Below are positions 40,601 to 49,209 of a DNA stretch of 64,000 bases, piece by piece (the stretch's first letter is position 1; every line of letters starts with the position of its first letter). The notes beneath the pieces are model-generated. The model did not search any database, was not told the origin of the DNA, and saw only the letters and a program-made list of their open reading frames with translations. The DNA lies in NCBI GenBank assembly GCA_041392475.1, contig JAWKLZ010000003.1, positions 853,067 through 917,066 of the forward strand, in the 5' to 3' direction. The DNA is from Chitinophagales bacterium. GTDB taxonomy: Bacteria; Bacteroidota; Bacteroidia; Chitinophagales; UBA2359. Position numbers and translations under genes: made by a program.

Positions 40601-42375
40601 TTTCGCCAAGCCCTATCTGCTATCGTACAAGCTTCAATATTCTCGTATTGCACCATTTTGTTGAAGTAGTTTTTGACATCTTCAGGCGTTCTTGCACTCA
40701 ACCGTCCAACACCCAATTGTGGACGAAAATCAAAAATATTTCGCACTGCCAGCATGATATCAGAAGGTTGATACCCAAAAGTTGGAATCAAATTGTCATT
40801 GAAGGTCGTAGATGTAGTAGCAGTTCTATAAGAAATTCCTTTGCCTATCAAAAACAAATATTCAGGATTCACTGCCCATTTGTCCACAGCAAAATTCACA
40901 AAATGGCGAATTGCCAGGGGATGTTTGAGAATGCCATGAGCAAATTGGTCGTACAGTTCTTCAATATCTGCAATGACTACGGAATGATTTCCACCGTGTG
41001 AAGTGCTTCTGTAATTTCCATACGTTTCTACCCAATCTGTATTTCCTTCTCGCAAAGAAGGATGGGAAAGGAGGATGTAATTTCCTTGATTTGCCAGTTT
41101 TTGATAGTCAGTAAATTCAATAGATTGCAGTGAATCAATTGTTCTTATCAACTCTTCATCCGTATTTGCCAAAAACAATTTTCTGTTTTCATTTCCCATT
41201 GAAGCACTTTGAGGTAAATGAATTTTGTACAAAGTATCTGCTACTGCAATGTCCATTCGCTGATTGTTGTTCAAATCATATAAGACGGTTTGACTTCCGC
41301 CATTGAAGTGAGAACCTTCAAAATAGGCTTCATCGAGGTGTTGCAATTCAAAGTAAAATTCGGTCGCATCTTTGACTTCTCCACTTGCGTAAACGCTGAA
41401 ATCAAATTGGCGAGGGTAAGTTAAGAAAGTATAAGATACGGATTGCCAATCAAAAGAAGGAGGGTCAAAAAAGTTTCCTACAGATTCATAGATAATGTCT
41501 GTTCTTATATCATTGAGGTCACTTGTAGAAATACTTATATCAAAAATAAGGGCTTCATACTTTTCATAAGTAGTATCTATGTAAGTTTCATTATTGATGT
41601 GTAATTTGAAATGATGGATGTTTTCTATTTCTGAGGAACTATACTTTCCTACCATTTTTGTTTGAAGAAAAGAAGAAGGGGTATTACTTTCTCGATACAC
41701 ACCAAGTGTAGGTAATTTATAGGTTTTATTTTTTTCTCCCGAAATAATTGAGCCAACCAAACCTTCTCCTTTTTCGAAATCCGCAAAATTAAAATTCAAT
41801 GGTCTTAGAAACATTGGGTCATTATCCCAATATGCTATTGAAGTAATTTGGAGTGGTTCTCCAACATTAAAAATATTGCGGTGGAAAAGTGCTGATTCAT
41901 ACATAAAAAACTCGTCCTTTTCAGGCAATTCACCACTCAAATCATTCTCTATCACTTCAATCCGTTCCCCTTCAAACCCATCATCCCACATCAAATAATA
42001 TCCAATTGAATCGGTAAATAAACTTTTGCGGTCGGTCAATTGCCAGTCGGAATTTTGGAAGAGTTGGGTATCAAAACTGCCATCATTTTTCTGTCCATAA
42101 AACTCGATAAAATCCTCACTACCAAATGTTTCATTGGAGGAAAGGAAAATGGGTACTTCTTCGCCACGACTGAATAGGTGAAAACCTTCGGGACTTTTTT
42201 CGGCTAAATTTGCTTGCTGCAATGTGCTGTAAGGGATGCGATAGAGTCCATCTTCTGCAATGCGAAATTTGTAGTAGGTTTGTTCATAATCTATCCACTC
42301 ATTGAAGTAGGTTTCTTCTTGTGCGAACAATTGAACGCTAAAAATAAGGCAAAAGAGTATTGTTAAGGTTTTCAT
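37645..42375 (-). CDS. giant T9SS cargo protein with a possible gingipain-like (C25/PorU-like) N-terminal region, multiple Ig-like/PKD-like domains and a type-A C-terminal sorting domain
   Basis: Signal peptide MKTLTILFCLIFSVQLFAQ (start trimmed from the long ORF). C-terminal VYPNPFEDELVIEG...GVYVLQL is a CTD. The middle 600 aa is beta-sandwich-repeat rich. The assignment of the N-terminal 900 aa to the C25 family is tentative. Confidence 0.6.
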   Translation of the reverse strand: MKTLTILFCLIFSVQLFAQEETYFNEWIDYEQTYYKFRIAEDGLYRIPYSTLQQANLAEKSPEGFHLFSRGEEVPIFLSSNETFGSEDFIEFYGQKNDGSFDTQLFQNSDWQLTDRKSLFTDSIGYYLMWDDGFEGERIEVIENDLSGELPEKDEFFMYESALFHRNIFNVGEPLQITSIAYWDNDPMFLRPLNFNFADFEKGEGLVGSIISGEKNKTYKLPTLGVYRESNTPSSFLQTKMVGKYSSSEIENIHHFKLHINNETYIDTTYEKYEALIFDISISTSDLNDIRTDIIYESVGNFFDPPSFDWQSVSYTFLTYPRQFDFSVYASGEVKDATEFYFELQHLDEAYFEGSHFNGGSQTVLYDLNNNQRMDIAVADTLYKIHLPQSASMGNENRKLFLANTDEELIRTIDSLQSIEFTDYQKLANQGNYILLSHPSLREGNTDWVETYGNYRSTSHGGNHSVVIADIEELYDQFAHGILKHPLAIRHFVNFAVDKWAVNPEYLFLIGKGISYRTATTSTTFNDNLIPTFGYQPSDIMLAVRNIFDFRPQLGVGRLSARTPEDVKNYFNKMVQYENIEACTIADRAWRKHALFQNNGDDDFQVMQISAFLDDYEDALTAKPFGAKILDQQSHKNYSEDFHTTPFIEQGISVFQFSGQASGINWKTDILEDPTNYNQPAPRFPVIFSAAAFVGNVFKSTSSTKSLSESWVSAPNKGAIGFLGELSFDFWEGSDAYLTELYKQFSKNNYHQPIGKCLKETIENIYIANPNDQNHDRIKAAIQTFVFEGDPALIIGGGFDRPEYVIDNNYDYSFIDKANGYVRKTEKRDDIQIFTTDNLLLQPQNEIIEVEDKEGNLQLKVRVTNLGKAIEENFTLQVSRRILGETEMELIAEKSVVSPFYEKIYIIDLPYLESTIEGEVYEYFVQIDPNNTIAEDCEDNNEVVLQVRFSTCFAIAPLYENLEITNLQSNYCITDPAIQFQANIGGGMFAIEQIGGPTYHVNVFQPSQLGGGDFVIYYTITDNETGCVFTVEVPTTIHQPIAAIESIDLTEVCVGDAIQINAAPTEGDYIWNFSGGNFNGTPQNPIVSWDTPGEKHITLKVLEDGCASTTISQLIRVYAQIPENFPISCESDANSIRFDWEVNESDVEAYLIYGDGVLLHQLEGNVSEFTFENLSPEQVVSIEVVVVPKGSCEQVSSSLTCKTVCAGEIPVLDIIDTYCGSNPMLIEAPVANGSFTIYNPDGSITNVEGSSIFSSIFQDGISTIVFEYSDGECTYTSNEYDVIVSNPEVQIEGNTVLCPDDLLVLEVPEIFAAYQWNVPNANSHILGVSEAGVYSVIVTDYNGCTATDEIEIVEAEDPKDIIFTSSTNTILCDGEDMILLAPSGYVSYIWSGNTSIKQTLTITAAGNYYVDYEDENGCIWRAEIAIKAAEVPKIEVSSSEEMAVLSVAGNFVEYAWNTGENTPSITVTANGTYTVTTTDEYGCISTTSTQVLITNIASNPQIPIIEVYPNPFEDELVIEGLKGGLLQLYNIQGKLIFSTLLQKNTEILDWKTLQSGVYVLQLSGKKGGWTRKVVKK

Positions 42376-42577
42376 ACAATGTTGATTTTGTGTTGAAAAA
42401 ATAAACATCTGTTGGTATAACGCAAAATCAAAAAAAGGTAAATCGGTTTTGTGGTATTTTGTGGAAAAAAAATTGAGGATGGTTGAAATTTTCGATTCAG
42501 TCATTGTGTCAGACAATATGGTGGAGTGGAAAATGCCATCGTTTTTTTCAAATGCACAACTTATTTTTTGACCGTTA

Positions 42578-44005
42578 CTATTTCCCATACTTCTTCGGCA
42601 AACTCCCCCCAGCAGCAATCACCCCAGCCAAAGCTACAAGTGGCAAAACAGGCTCAAAACCCATCAAAACCCCTGCAGGAATCCAACCTAACAAGTAAGC
42701 CAACAAAAAAGCCTCTCCGACTGCAATGGATAAAAAACAAGCTGTTGGATTGGGGTTTTTGAAGTGTAGGACAACAAAAGTGGCGGGAAAGAGAATGGAC
42801 AATCCTGTGAAGGCATTTTTGACAATCACAAAAATCGTGGCAGGCGGTTGAAAAGCGATGGCTAAACCGATGATTGCCAAAACAATAATCAATACACGCC
42901 CGACCCAAATTTGCAGAGCAAAATTCGCTTTGGGGCGCACAAAAGAAACGAATAAGTCACGGGTCAGCATGGTGCTGAGTGCCAACAATTGCGAATCCAA
43001 AGTGGACATAAAAGCCGCCAATGCACCTGTCATAATCATTGCCGCCAACCATTGCGGAGCGTGTAGATTGAGCATCATGGGTAGGATGTTGTCGGCTTCC
43101 TTACCCACCAAATCGGGAAAAGACAAATGCCCCCAAACGCCAATCATGACAGGGCAAATAAACAAAATCAAAGGAACGAATGCATACATTACCGTAGCAA
43201 ATTTGAAGGCTTTGAGGTCTTTGGACACATAGAAGCGCATGAACATCTGTGGAAACATTGGCACACAAAAGACCCACAACAACATCAAACTCATCCATTT
43301 TTGCCAAGTAAAATACCCGCCACCTCCTGCTCGACTGAACAAATCTGGTTGGATGGCATACACTTGTTCGTTGGCTGCGGTGATGCCGCCCAAACTGTCT
43401 GCAACCACCCAAACCGCCCCAAACATCAATCCGAACATCAACACTCCTTGTATCATATCGGTAATCGCAACGGTTCTCATTCCACCAATAAACACATAAA
43501 CTACCACGAAAGTGGTCAATCCCGTTGCACCCCAAAAGTAGGGAATCTGACCGCCTGTGAGCGTTTCCAAAATGATGCCTGCGCCAATCGGTTGCACTGC
43601 CATATAGGGCAGCGTAAAAAAGACCATCACCAACAAATACAAAAGTTTGAGTGAACTACTGCCTGTTTTGTCGCCCATCATTTCGGCGGGGGTAATGTAG
43701 CGGTTTCGCTTGCCTTCTTGCCATGCTTTGAAGCCAATTAGGTAGAAAGACAATGCTGCAAAAGCAGTTCCGAATCCCATCAAGGCATAATAGCTGTATC
43801 CCGTCCGATAACCTTCTCCTGCAAATCCCAAAAAGAAAAAGGCACTAAAATTGGTAGCAATGAAGGTGAAAAATACCACAATGCTGCCCAATCCTCTGTT
43901 TGCCAAAAAATAATCTTCAGGCGTTGCGGCACTTTTTCGGTAGCCGATGAAGCCGCTGAGTAGGGTGAGGAGGAGGTAAATGGAGAGAATGGTGTAAACG
44001 GTCAT
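42578..44005 (-). CDS. sodium:solute symporter family (SSS) transporter
   Basis: 475 aa, about 12-13 TM helices, N-terminal SSS signature region (GYRKS...DYFLANR, GxxxxxxTxxATxxSAxxFLG). Confidence 0.8.
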   Translation of the reverse strand: MTVYTILSIYLLLTLLSGFIGYRKSAATPEDYFLANRGLGSIVVFFTFIATNFSAFFFLGFAGEGYRTGYSYYALMGFGTAFAALSFYLIGFKAWQEGKRNRYITPAEMMGDKTGSSSLKLLYLLVMVFFTLPYMAVQPIGAGIILETLTGGQIPYFWGATGLTTFVVVYVFIGGMRTVAITDMIQGVLMFGLMFGAVWVVADSLGGITAANEQVYAIQPDLFSRAGGGGYFTWQKWMSLMLLWVFCVPMFPQMFMRFYVSKDLKAFKFATVMYAFVPLILFICPVMIGVWGHLSFPDLVGKEADNILPMMLNLHAPQWLAAMIMTGALAAFMSTLDSQLLALSTMLTRDLFVSFVRPKANFALQIWVGRVLIIVLAIIGLAIAFQPPATIFVIVKNAFTGLSILFPATFVVLHFKNPNPTACFLSIAVGEAFLLAYLLGWIPAGVLMGFEPVLPLVALAGVIAAGGSLPKKYGK

Positions 44006-44280
44006 GGATAGTGAAAATTAAAATTAGAATGAAAATGAAAAAACTCAAATATGAGTTTCAAATACAAATTCAAAGTTGGGAATATAGCTAGAAAATTGAT
44101 TTTGTAAAGCTATTTTTTAACTATTTATATGTTAATCTTTGCAGATGGTTTACAATTCCTTTTTAGACATTATTAACAAGCAACCCACATTTTCAAACCA
44201 AAATTTAAAAAAAGATGTTTAACTTTGGAAACGCAAAAGCAGCCTATCAAATACAATCCTTTCCAATCAACTCAAAGGCT

Positions 44281-44706
44281 ATGAATACATTTAAAATTTT
44301 ATTGGTAGAAGACGATTTATTGTTTCGGACGATGCTCGAAGACCATCTTTCGCAGAATCCCGAATACGATGTGATGATGGTTTCTTGTGGAGAAGAATGT
44401 ATTGCCAACTTGGAAGTCGAGCCACATTTGATTATAATGGACTACAATATGGATAGCTTCAACCGCCAAGCTGCAAATGGTTTGACCACTTTGAAGATCA
44501 TCAAACGCTTGAAACCGAATATTCCTGTGATTATGCTTTCGGGTGAAGACGATACAAGTACACTTGCCAAGGTTTTGTATAGTGGAGCATACAATTATGT
44601 GGTCAAAGGAGATGATGCTTTTGATAAGGTAAGCACGATTATTGAAGAAATGCGTAGGGAAACAAATATTGAAGCGGATTTTAGAGAGAATTTTGGCATC
44701 AAATAG
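44281..44706 (+). CDS. stand-alone response-regulator receiver (CheY-like) protein
   Basis: LLVEDD ... MDYNMD (phospho-acceptor Asp) ... conserved K in SGAYNYVVKG. No output domain. Confidence 0.75.
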   Translation: MNTFKILLVEDDLLFRTMLEDHLSQNPEYDVMMVSCGEECIANLEVEPHLIIMDYNMDSFNRQAANGLTTLKIIKRLKPNIPVIMLSGEDDTSTLAKVLYSGAYNYVVKGDDAFDKVSTIIEEMRRETNIEADFRENFGIK

Positions 44707-44814
44707 GTTTCAAAATAAAAAAAACTCCACAACCCAATTAGAGTAATGTAGAGTTTAGTTCCTCGCTATGCTATAAAATGTTAATGTTAATTACTTTGTT
44801 ATGAAAGACGGTGA

Positions 44815-45786
44815 TTAACCTCCGTGACCTTCTCTTTCGGTTACAAAATTTCCGTCTGCATCAAAAATAACTATCACGCCACTGTCCAATTTTACGCCAA
44901 ATCCTTTGTCACCTTGACGTGCGCTTTCGATTGTTGCATCAGGATAGTTTGCTATTATATAGTCGGTGATAACCGTTGGTAGCTCACTTGGGTCAATTTC
45001 TGTTCCGTGATTATGAACATCTCCATCAGGTTTACCGTGTCCGTTGCCTTCTTTGATAAAGTTTCCATCAGTATCAAAAATCACAAATGTTCCATTGTCC
45101 AATTTTACGCCAAATCCCTTGTCACCTTGACCTGCCCCTTCAATGGTTGCGTCAGGATAGTTGGCTGTTATATAGTCGGTTATAACCGTTGGTAATTCGC
45201 TTGGGTCGATTTCTGTCACATTAGGTTTGCCGTGTCCGTCACCTTCTTTGATAAAGTTTCCATCAGTGTCAAAAATCACCAATGTTCCATCGTCCAATTT
45301 TACGCCAAATCCTTTGTCACTTTGACCTGCCCCTTCAATGGTTGCGTCAGGATAGTTAGCTGTTATATAGTCGGTTACAGCCGTAGGAAGTTCACTTGGG
45401 TCAATTTCTGTTACATTGGGTTTTCCGTGACCATCGGGCTTGCCGTGGCCATTGGGCTTTCCATGTCCGCCATGACCGTTACCTGTGTGTTCTCCTACAA
45501 AATTGCCTTCTAAGTCGAATACCAAAAATTCCCCCGTATCCAATTTTACTCCATAACCTTTGTCAGTAGCTTTTGCGCCTTCAATGGTCGATTCAGGGTA
45601 ATTAGCTGCAACGTAGGCAGTGATTGCTTCTGGCAAATCTGTATCTGCCACATCATCACCTGTTTTGGAAGCTTCATACACTTCTGCTGTCAAAGTTGCT
45701 TCTTCTGAGAGGATTTCATCTTGCTGACAAGCTGTGAAAAATCCTGTTGTCAAAATACTGATTAAGATAAAAATATACTTCTTCAT
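44815..45786 (-). CDS. lipoprotein with four tandem PepSY-like/DUF-type repeats of about 64 aa joined by His-Gly-Lys-Pro linkers
   Basis: Lipobox FFTACQQ. Four repeats of LPxxITDYIxANYPDATIEGAxQxDKGFGVKLDxGxxVIFDxDGNF. Repeats 2 and 3 are near-identical at the DNA level. GHGKPNGHGKPDGHGKP linkers. Confidence 0.75.
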   Translation of the reverse strand: MKKYIFILISILTTGFFTACQQDEILSEEATLTAEVYEASKTGDDVADTDLPEAITAYVAANYPESTIEGAKATDKGYGVKLDTGEFLVFDLEGNFVGEHTGNGHGGHGKPNGHGKPDGHGKPNVTEIDPSELPTAVTDYITANYPDATIEGAGQSDKGFGVKLDDGTLVIFDTDGNFIKEGDGHGKPNVTEIDPSELPTVITDYITANYPDATIEGAGQGDKGFGVKLDNGTFVIFDTDGNFIKEGNGHGKPDGDVHNHGTEIDPSELPTVITDYIIANYPDATIESARQGDKGFGVKLDSGVIVIFDADGNFVTEREGHGG

Positions 45787-46260
45787 TGTTAATTTGTTAT
45801 TGATAAAAAATAAAAATTATTTATTTAAACGAGGTTGCAACATGATTAAATTTGAAATGTACTTTTGAAGCCTATAGATATATTTTTAGTGAGTTCAAAC
45901 TTTTGATAATGTTTGAATTAAATTGGTTTTTCTTCAAAATGTTCGTTGTTGGGCTTACACTAATCGTGGTGCGTTTATAAAGCGAAAGGTTGCTTTGGAT
46001 TTATTTTTTTCTTCAAAAAAAAAATTATTTGCGTCCTTTTTGTTGGCTTTCACTGATAGTGGTGCAGGGTTGAAGGGAAAGGTTGCTTGAGGATAATTTT
46101 TTTTGAAGAAAGTTGGTTTTTTGATAAAATCATGTGAAATGAGACTTCGGTAGTCTATCTTTTGAGGAGATTACATAGACATTTTGTTGTACATTAATTT
46201 TTTTATGAAACGAAACTACCGAAGTCTTTGTCCTGAATGATTCATAATGAGCAATTTAAG

Positions 46261-48222
46261 CTATTTCTCCCAATCATCTGTTCTAAACGGGCAAGCAGGT
46301 AAATCCTCTTGGTTGTATAAATTGGCATCATCGGGATTGTCTGCCCAAGCATAGCGAACTGAAACAGGAGCTTCAATGGAATCACTCCAAACCACAATTT
46401 CATTTCCTTCAATGCGTGCTTTTGCCCAAACAAAGGCTTTGTCTTTCGCTGCAATGGTAAAACCTTTGACGTAGCCATACTTGTCTTTTGTGACCAAACC
46501 ACCTCCAATGTTGGACAATTGTATCCGTACTTCATTGTCAACGATTTTATGCGATTGGTAGGTAGGGCCAGCATATACAAGGTCTTCACCATAAGCCACT
46601 TTTCTGGCTACCAATGCCAAGCGTTTGCCTACATCTTGTTTGTTGCGGGGGTGAATATCCTCTGCTTCACCAATGTCAATAATGACTGCTTGACCTGTAT
46701 TTGCAGCCATTTCGAGGGTTTTGGATTGGGATTCTCGGAGCATAGCCCAATCACTTGGTGTATTTGCATCTTTTGGAGCCGGCATAAAATTCGCCAGTTG
46801 AACAAACAAAAAGGGAAAATCACCCTGCCCCCAACGTTTGCGCCAATCTTCAATCATTGCAGTGAAATCATGGCGGTATTGATAGGCTTTTTCAGGATAA
46901 GCATTTGATTCGCCCTGGTACCAAATCACTCCTTTGATGCCATATCCCAAGACGGGATGCAACATTTGATTGTAAAGCATGGTGGGAGTGTGAATGGGAC
47001 GAAATTCGGGTGAAGCTGCATACATTGCACCAATTTTATATTTCCATTCTCCTGCCAGAGAACTTGTACGGGTATTGGTTGTCAAAAATATATCCTCAGA
47101 TGCTCCGTGAAACCCTCCACCTCCACCTGTGTCTTCTACTCGAACAGTAATCGAGTTTTCGCCTACCTTCAAATACTCTGCATCGACTTTATAGACCCTT
47201 GTTTTGTTGTATGCGCCAAATATTGCACCGATTTTGTGGCCATTGATATAAGACCAATCAGAATCATCAATGCGTCCCAAACCTAGCGTAATACCTGCTT
47301 TTGCTTCTTCCTGAGTCAGTTGGATGGTTTTGCGAAACCACACGATGCCGTCAAAATCAGGTAAATCTTGTTGCTCCCACAACATGGGGACGGTCATGGT
47401 TTTCCAATCGGTGTCTTTTATGGAAGCAGCCGCCCAAAGTGCGCTTTCGTTTTCTGACCAACCTGCATCTTCTGTTGGGATTTTACCATGGGTTGCTTCC
47501 AATTTTTTAGCCAAAACCATTTGTTCTTTTTGGGCTTTTTCCTCCAATTCCTGAAAGACTTTATAGGGATTATCTATCTTCAAGGCTTCGGCACTCATCC
47601 ATGCCTCTATGCTGCTACCACCCCAAGAGGTATGCAACAAACCTATGGCAATATCTTGTGTTTGACGGAGTTCTTTGGCAAAGAAATAACCCGCTGCCGT
47701 AAAATTGGCAACGGTTTCGGGTGAACAAACAGTCCATGATTTACTTGTCGGGATTTTGTTAGAGGGATCTTTACTTCCTGCCTTGCTGACTTTGAAGTGT
47801 CTAATCTTATCATCTTTTGCATTCACAATCTCTTGTTCTGCATTGTTCACATTTCCCACTTCCCATTCCATATTGGATTGTCCCGAACAGAGCCAAACAT
47901 CTCCTACCATGATATTTTGAAGGTTTATAGTTTCTCCTTCTCCTTCAATGGTCATTTTGTATGGACCGCCTGCTTTCATTGAAGGAAGTTTCACCTCCCA
48001 TCTACCAGTTTGGTCATTCGGTTTGGCTGTATAGGTTTTTTCTTGAAATACAAGTTCCACTTCTGTACCCTTTGAGGCCCATCCCCATATGGGGACTTCT
48101 ATGCCTCTTTGCAGCACCATGTTGTCACTGAATAATTGGGAGAGTTCGATTTGTGCGAATGAATTGGAGTTTGCGATAAAAAACAGTAGGAGGTGGATGA
48201 CCAAAAACCGTAGTATCTTCAT
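46261..48222 (-). CDS. sialate O-acetylesterase family protein (SGNH/DUF303)
   Basis: Signal peptide, WLCSGQSNMEW catalytic-serine motif, 653 aa. Confidence 0.7.
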   Translation of the reverse strand: MKILRFLVIHLLLFFIANSNSFAQIELSQLFSDNMVLQRGIEVPIWGWASKGTEVELVFQEKTYTAKPNDQTGRWEVKLPSMKAGGPYKMTIEGEGETINLQNIMVGDVWLCSGQSNMEWEVGNVNNAEQEIVNAKDDKIRHFKVSKAGSKDPSNKIPTSKSWTVCSPETVANFTAAGYFFAKELRQTQDIAIGLLHTSWGGSSIEAWMSAEALKIDNPYKVFQELEEKAQKEQMVLAKKLEATHGKIPTEDAGWSENESALWAAASIKDTDWKTMTVPMLWEQQDLPDFDGIVWFRKTIQLTQEEAKAGITLGLGRIDDSDWSYINGHKIGAIFGAYNKTRVYKVDAEYLKVGENSITVRVEDTGGGGGFHGASEDIFLTTNTRTSSLAGEWKYKIGAMYAASPEFRPIHTPTMLYNQMLHPVLGYGIKGVIWYQGESNAYPEKAYQYRHDFTAMIEDWRKRWGQGDFPFLFVQLANFMPAPKDANTPSDWAMLRESQSKTLEMAANTGQAVIIDIGEAEDIHPRNKQDVGKRLALVARKVAYGEDLVYAGPTYQSHKIVDNEVRIQLSNIGGGLVTKDKYGYVKGFTIAAKDKAFVWAKARIEGNEIVVWSDSIEAPVSVRYAWADNPDDANLYNQEDLPACPFRTDDWEK

Positions 48223-48276
48223 AGTGTTTGCTTTTGACGGAAATATAAAGATTATGTCCGTAAAAGTAAGGAAAAA

Positions 48277-49104
48277 TTAGGCAAATGCTTCCTGAAAAGG
48301 CTTGATAAATCGCTCATTGCTGGCATAAATAGCAAAGGTGATTTTTCGGAATTGGTTTTTGAATTTTCCTTCAATGACCTCTTTGAAGTAGCGGGCAATA
48401 TCGTCGGGATTGTTTTGAAAAACACCGCATCCCCACGCTCCTAAAATGATGGATTTATGTCCATGTTCCAAAGCAATTGCCAACACTTTTTCGATTCTTC
48501 GCTTCATCACCTCTTCAATTTTCTTCAACCGCTTAGGTTCTCGCTGTTTGACTATGCCGGTATTGACGGCTGGAGCGGTAATGAATGAAGCTGTCACCAA
48601 AGCTTCCAAACAGTTGCCTTCTTCGTCTTTGAGAATCGGTACTTTGGGACTGTAAATCATGTAGTCCGTGTAGAAACAAGATTTGAATTTCCGGTTGATT
48701 TCGTAGTAGTCGGAAGCTTGCATCAAACTAGGATACAAACCCGTTGCCCTCGCAATACTTTCTTCTTGCGCCTGACTTCCACCCAAAAATCCACCTCCTG
48801 CATTTCGGGCAGAGGCAAAATTCAAGCAGACTACATCCGTATGACCTTCGTTTATCAAACGCCTTGTGGCATTGAGGCTGGTTTCGTTGGTTACTTCAAT
48901 TTCGGTTGGCGTTTCTAAGGTTTTGGAACTACGGTTTTGAAGCAATTCGTCTGTCATTGCAGGAGAATAGGTGATGGTGTTTGCTACTGCAAAATCTTGT
49001 GTTTCTTTGATGTTAATTGTCTCACCTGTTGGAGAATTGAAGTAGCCTTGCTCCAAACATTGAAGGGTATCTGTGGCGATGTTTTGTCGGTTGTATCTTC
49101 CCAT
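48277..49104 (-). CDS. TIGR02452/DUF2263 macro-domain protein (microbial poly(ADP-ribose) glycohydrolase-like)
   Basis: NFASARNAGGGFLGGSQAQEE matches the GGG-X6-8-QEE PARG signature. Macro-domain length about 275 aa. Confidence 0.65.
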   Translation of the reverse strand: MGRYNRQNIATDTLQCLEQGYFNSPTGETINIKETQDFAVANTITYSPAMTDELLQNRSSKTLETPTEIEVTNETSLNATRRLINEGHTDVVCLNFASARNAGGGFLGGSQAQEESIARATGLYPSLMQASDYYEINRKFKSCFYTDYMIYSPKVPILKDEEGNCLEALVTASFITAPAVNTGIVKQREPKRLKKIEEVMKRRIEKVLAIALEHGHKSIILGAWGCGVFQNNPDDIARYFKEVIEGKFKNQFRKITFAIYASNERFIKPFQEAFA

Positions 49105-49209
49105 TTTTTGATTTTAATGGAGGGAACGTATTGGAAATAGGAGAAAGTTCCCAAAATGACTATTTTTACCAATTCGAAAAACGATTCCTTTAACAAAACC
49201 AATACCACC

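Noticed and set aside
37645-42618. Full-length 1657-aa version of the giant ORF starting at 42618
   Set aside because: The first 81 codons overlap the upstream symporter gene's 3' end and lack a signal peptide. An internal Met at 42375 begins a canonical signal peptide (MKTLTILFCLIFSVQLFAQ), so the shorter start was adopted.
42483-42762. Plus-strand small ORFs overlapping the start region of the giant T9SS gene and the end of the symporter
   Set aside because: No motif. Overlap with two well-supported minus-strand genes and their intergenic promoter region.
45007-45513. Plus-strand ORFs 45007..45195 and 45232..45513 with repeated peptide sequence
   Set aside because: Antisense to the PepSY-repeat lipoprotein gene. 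The repetition simply mirrors the sense-strand repeats.
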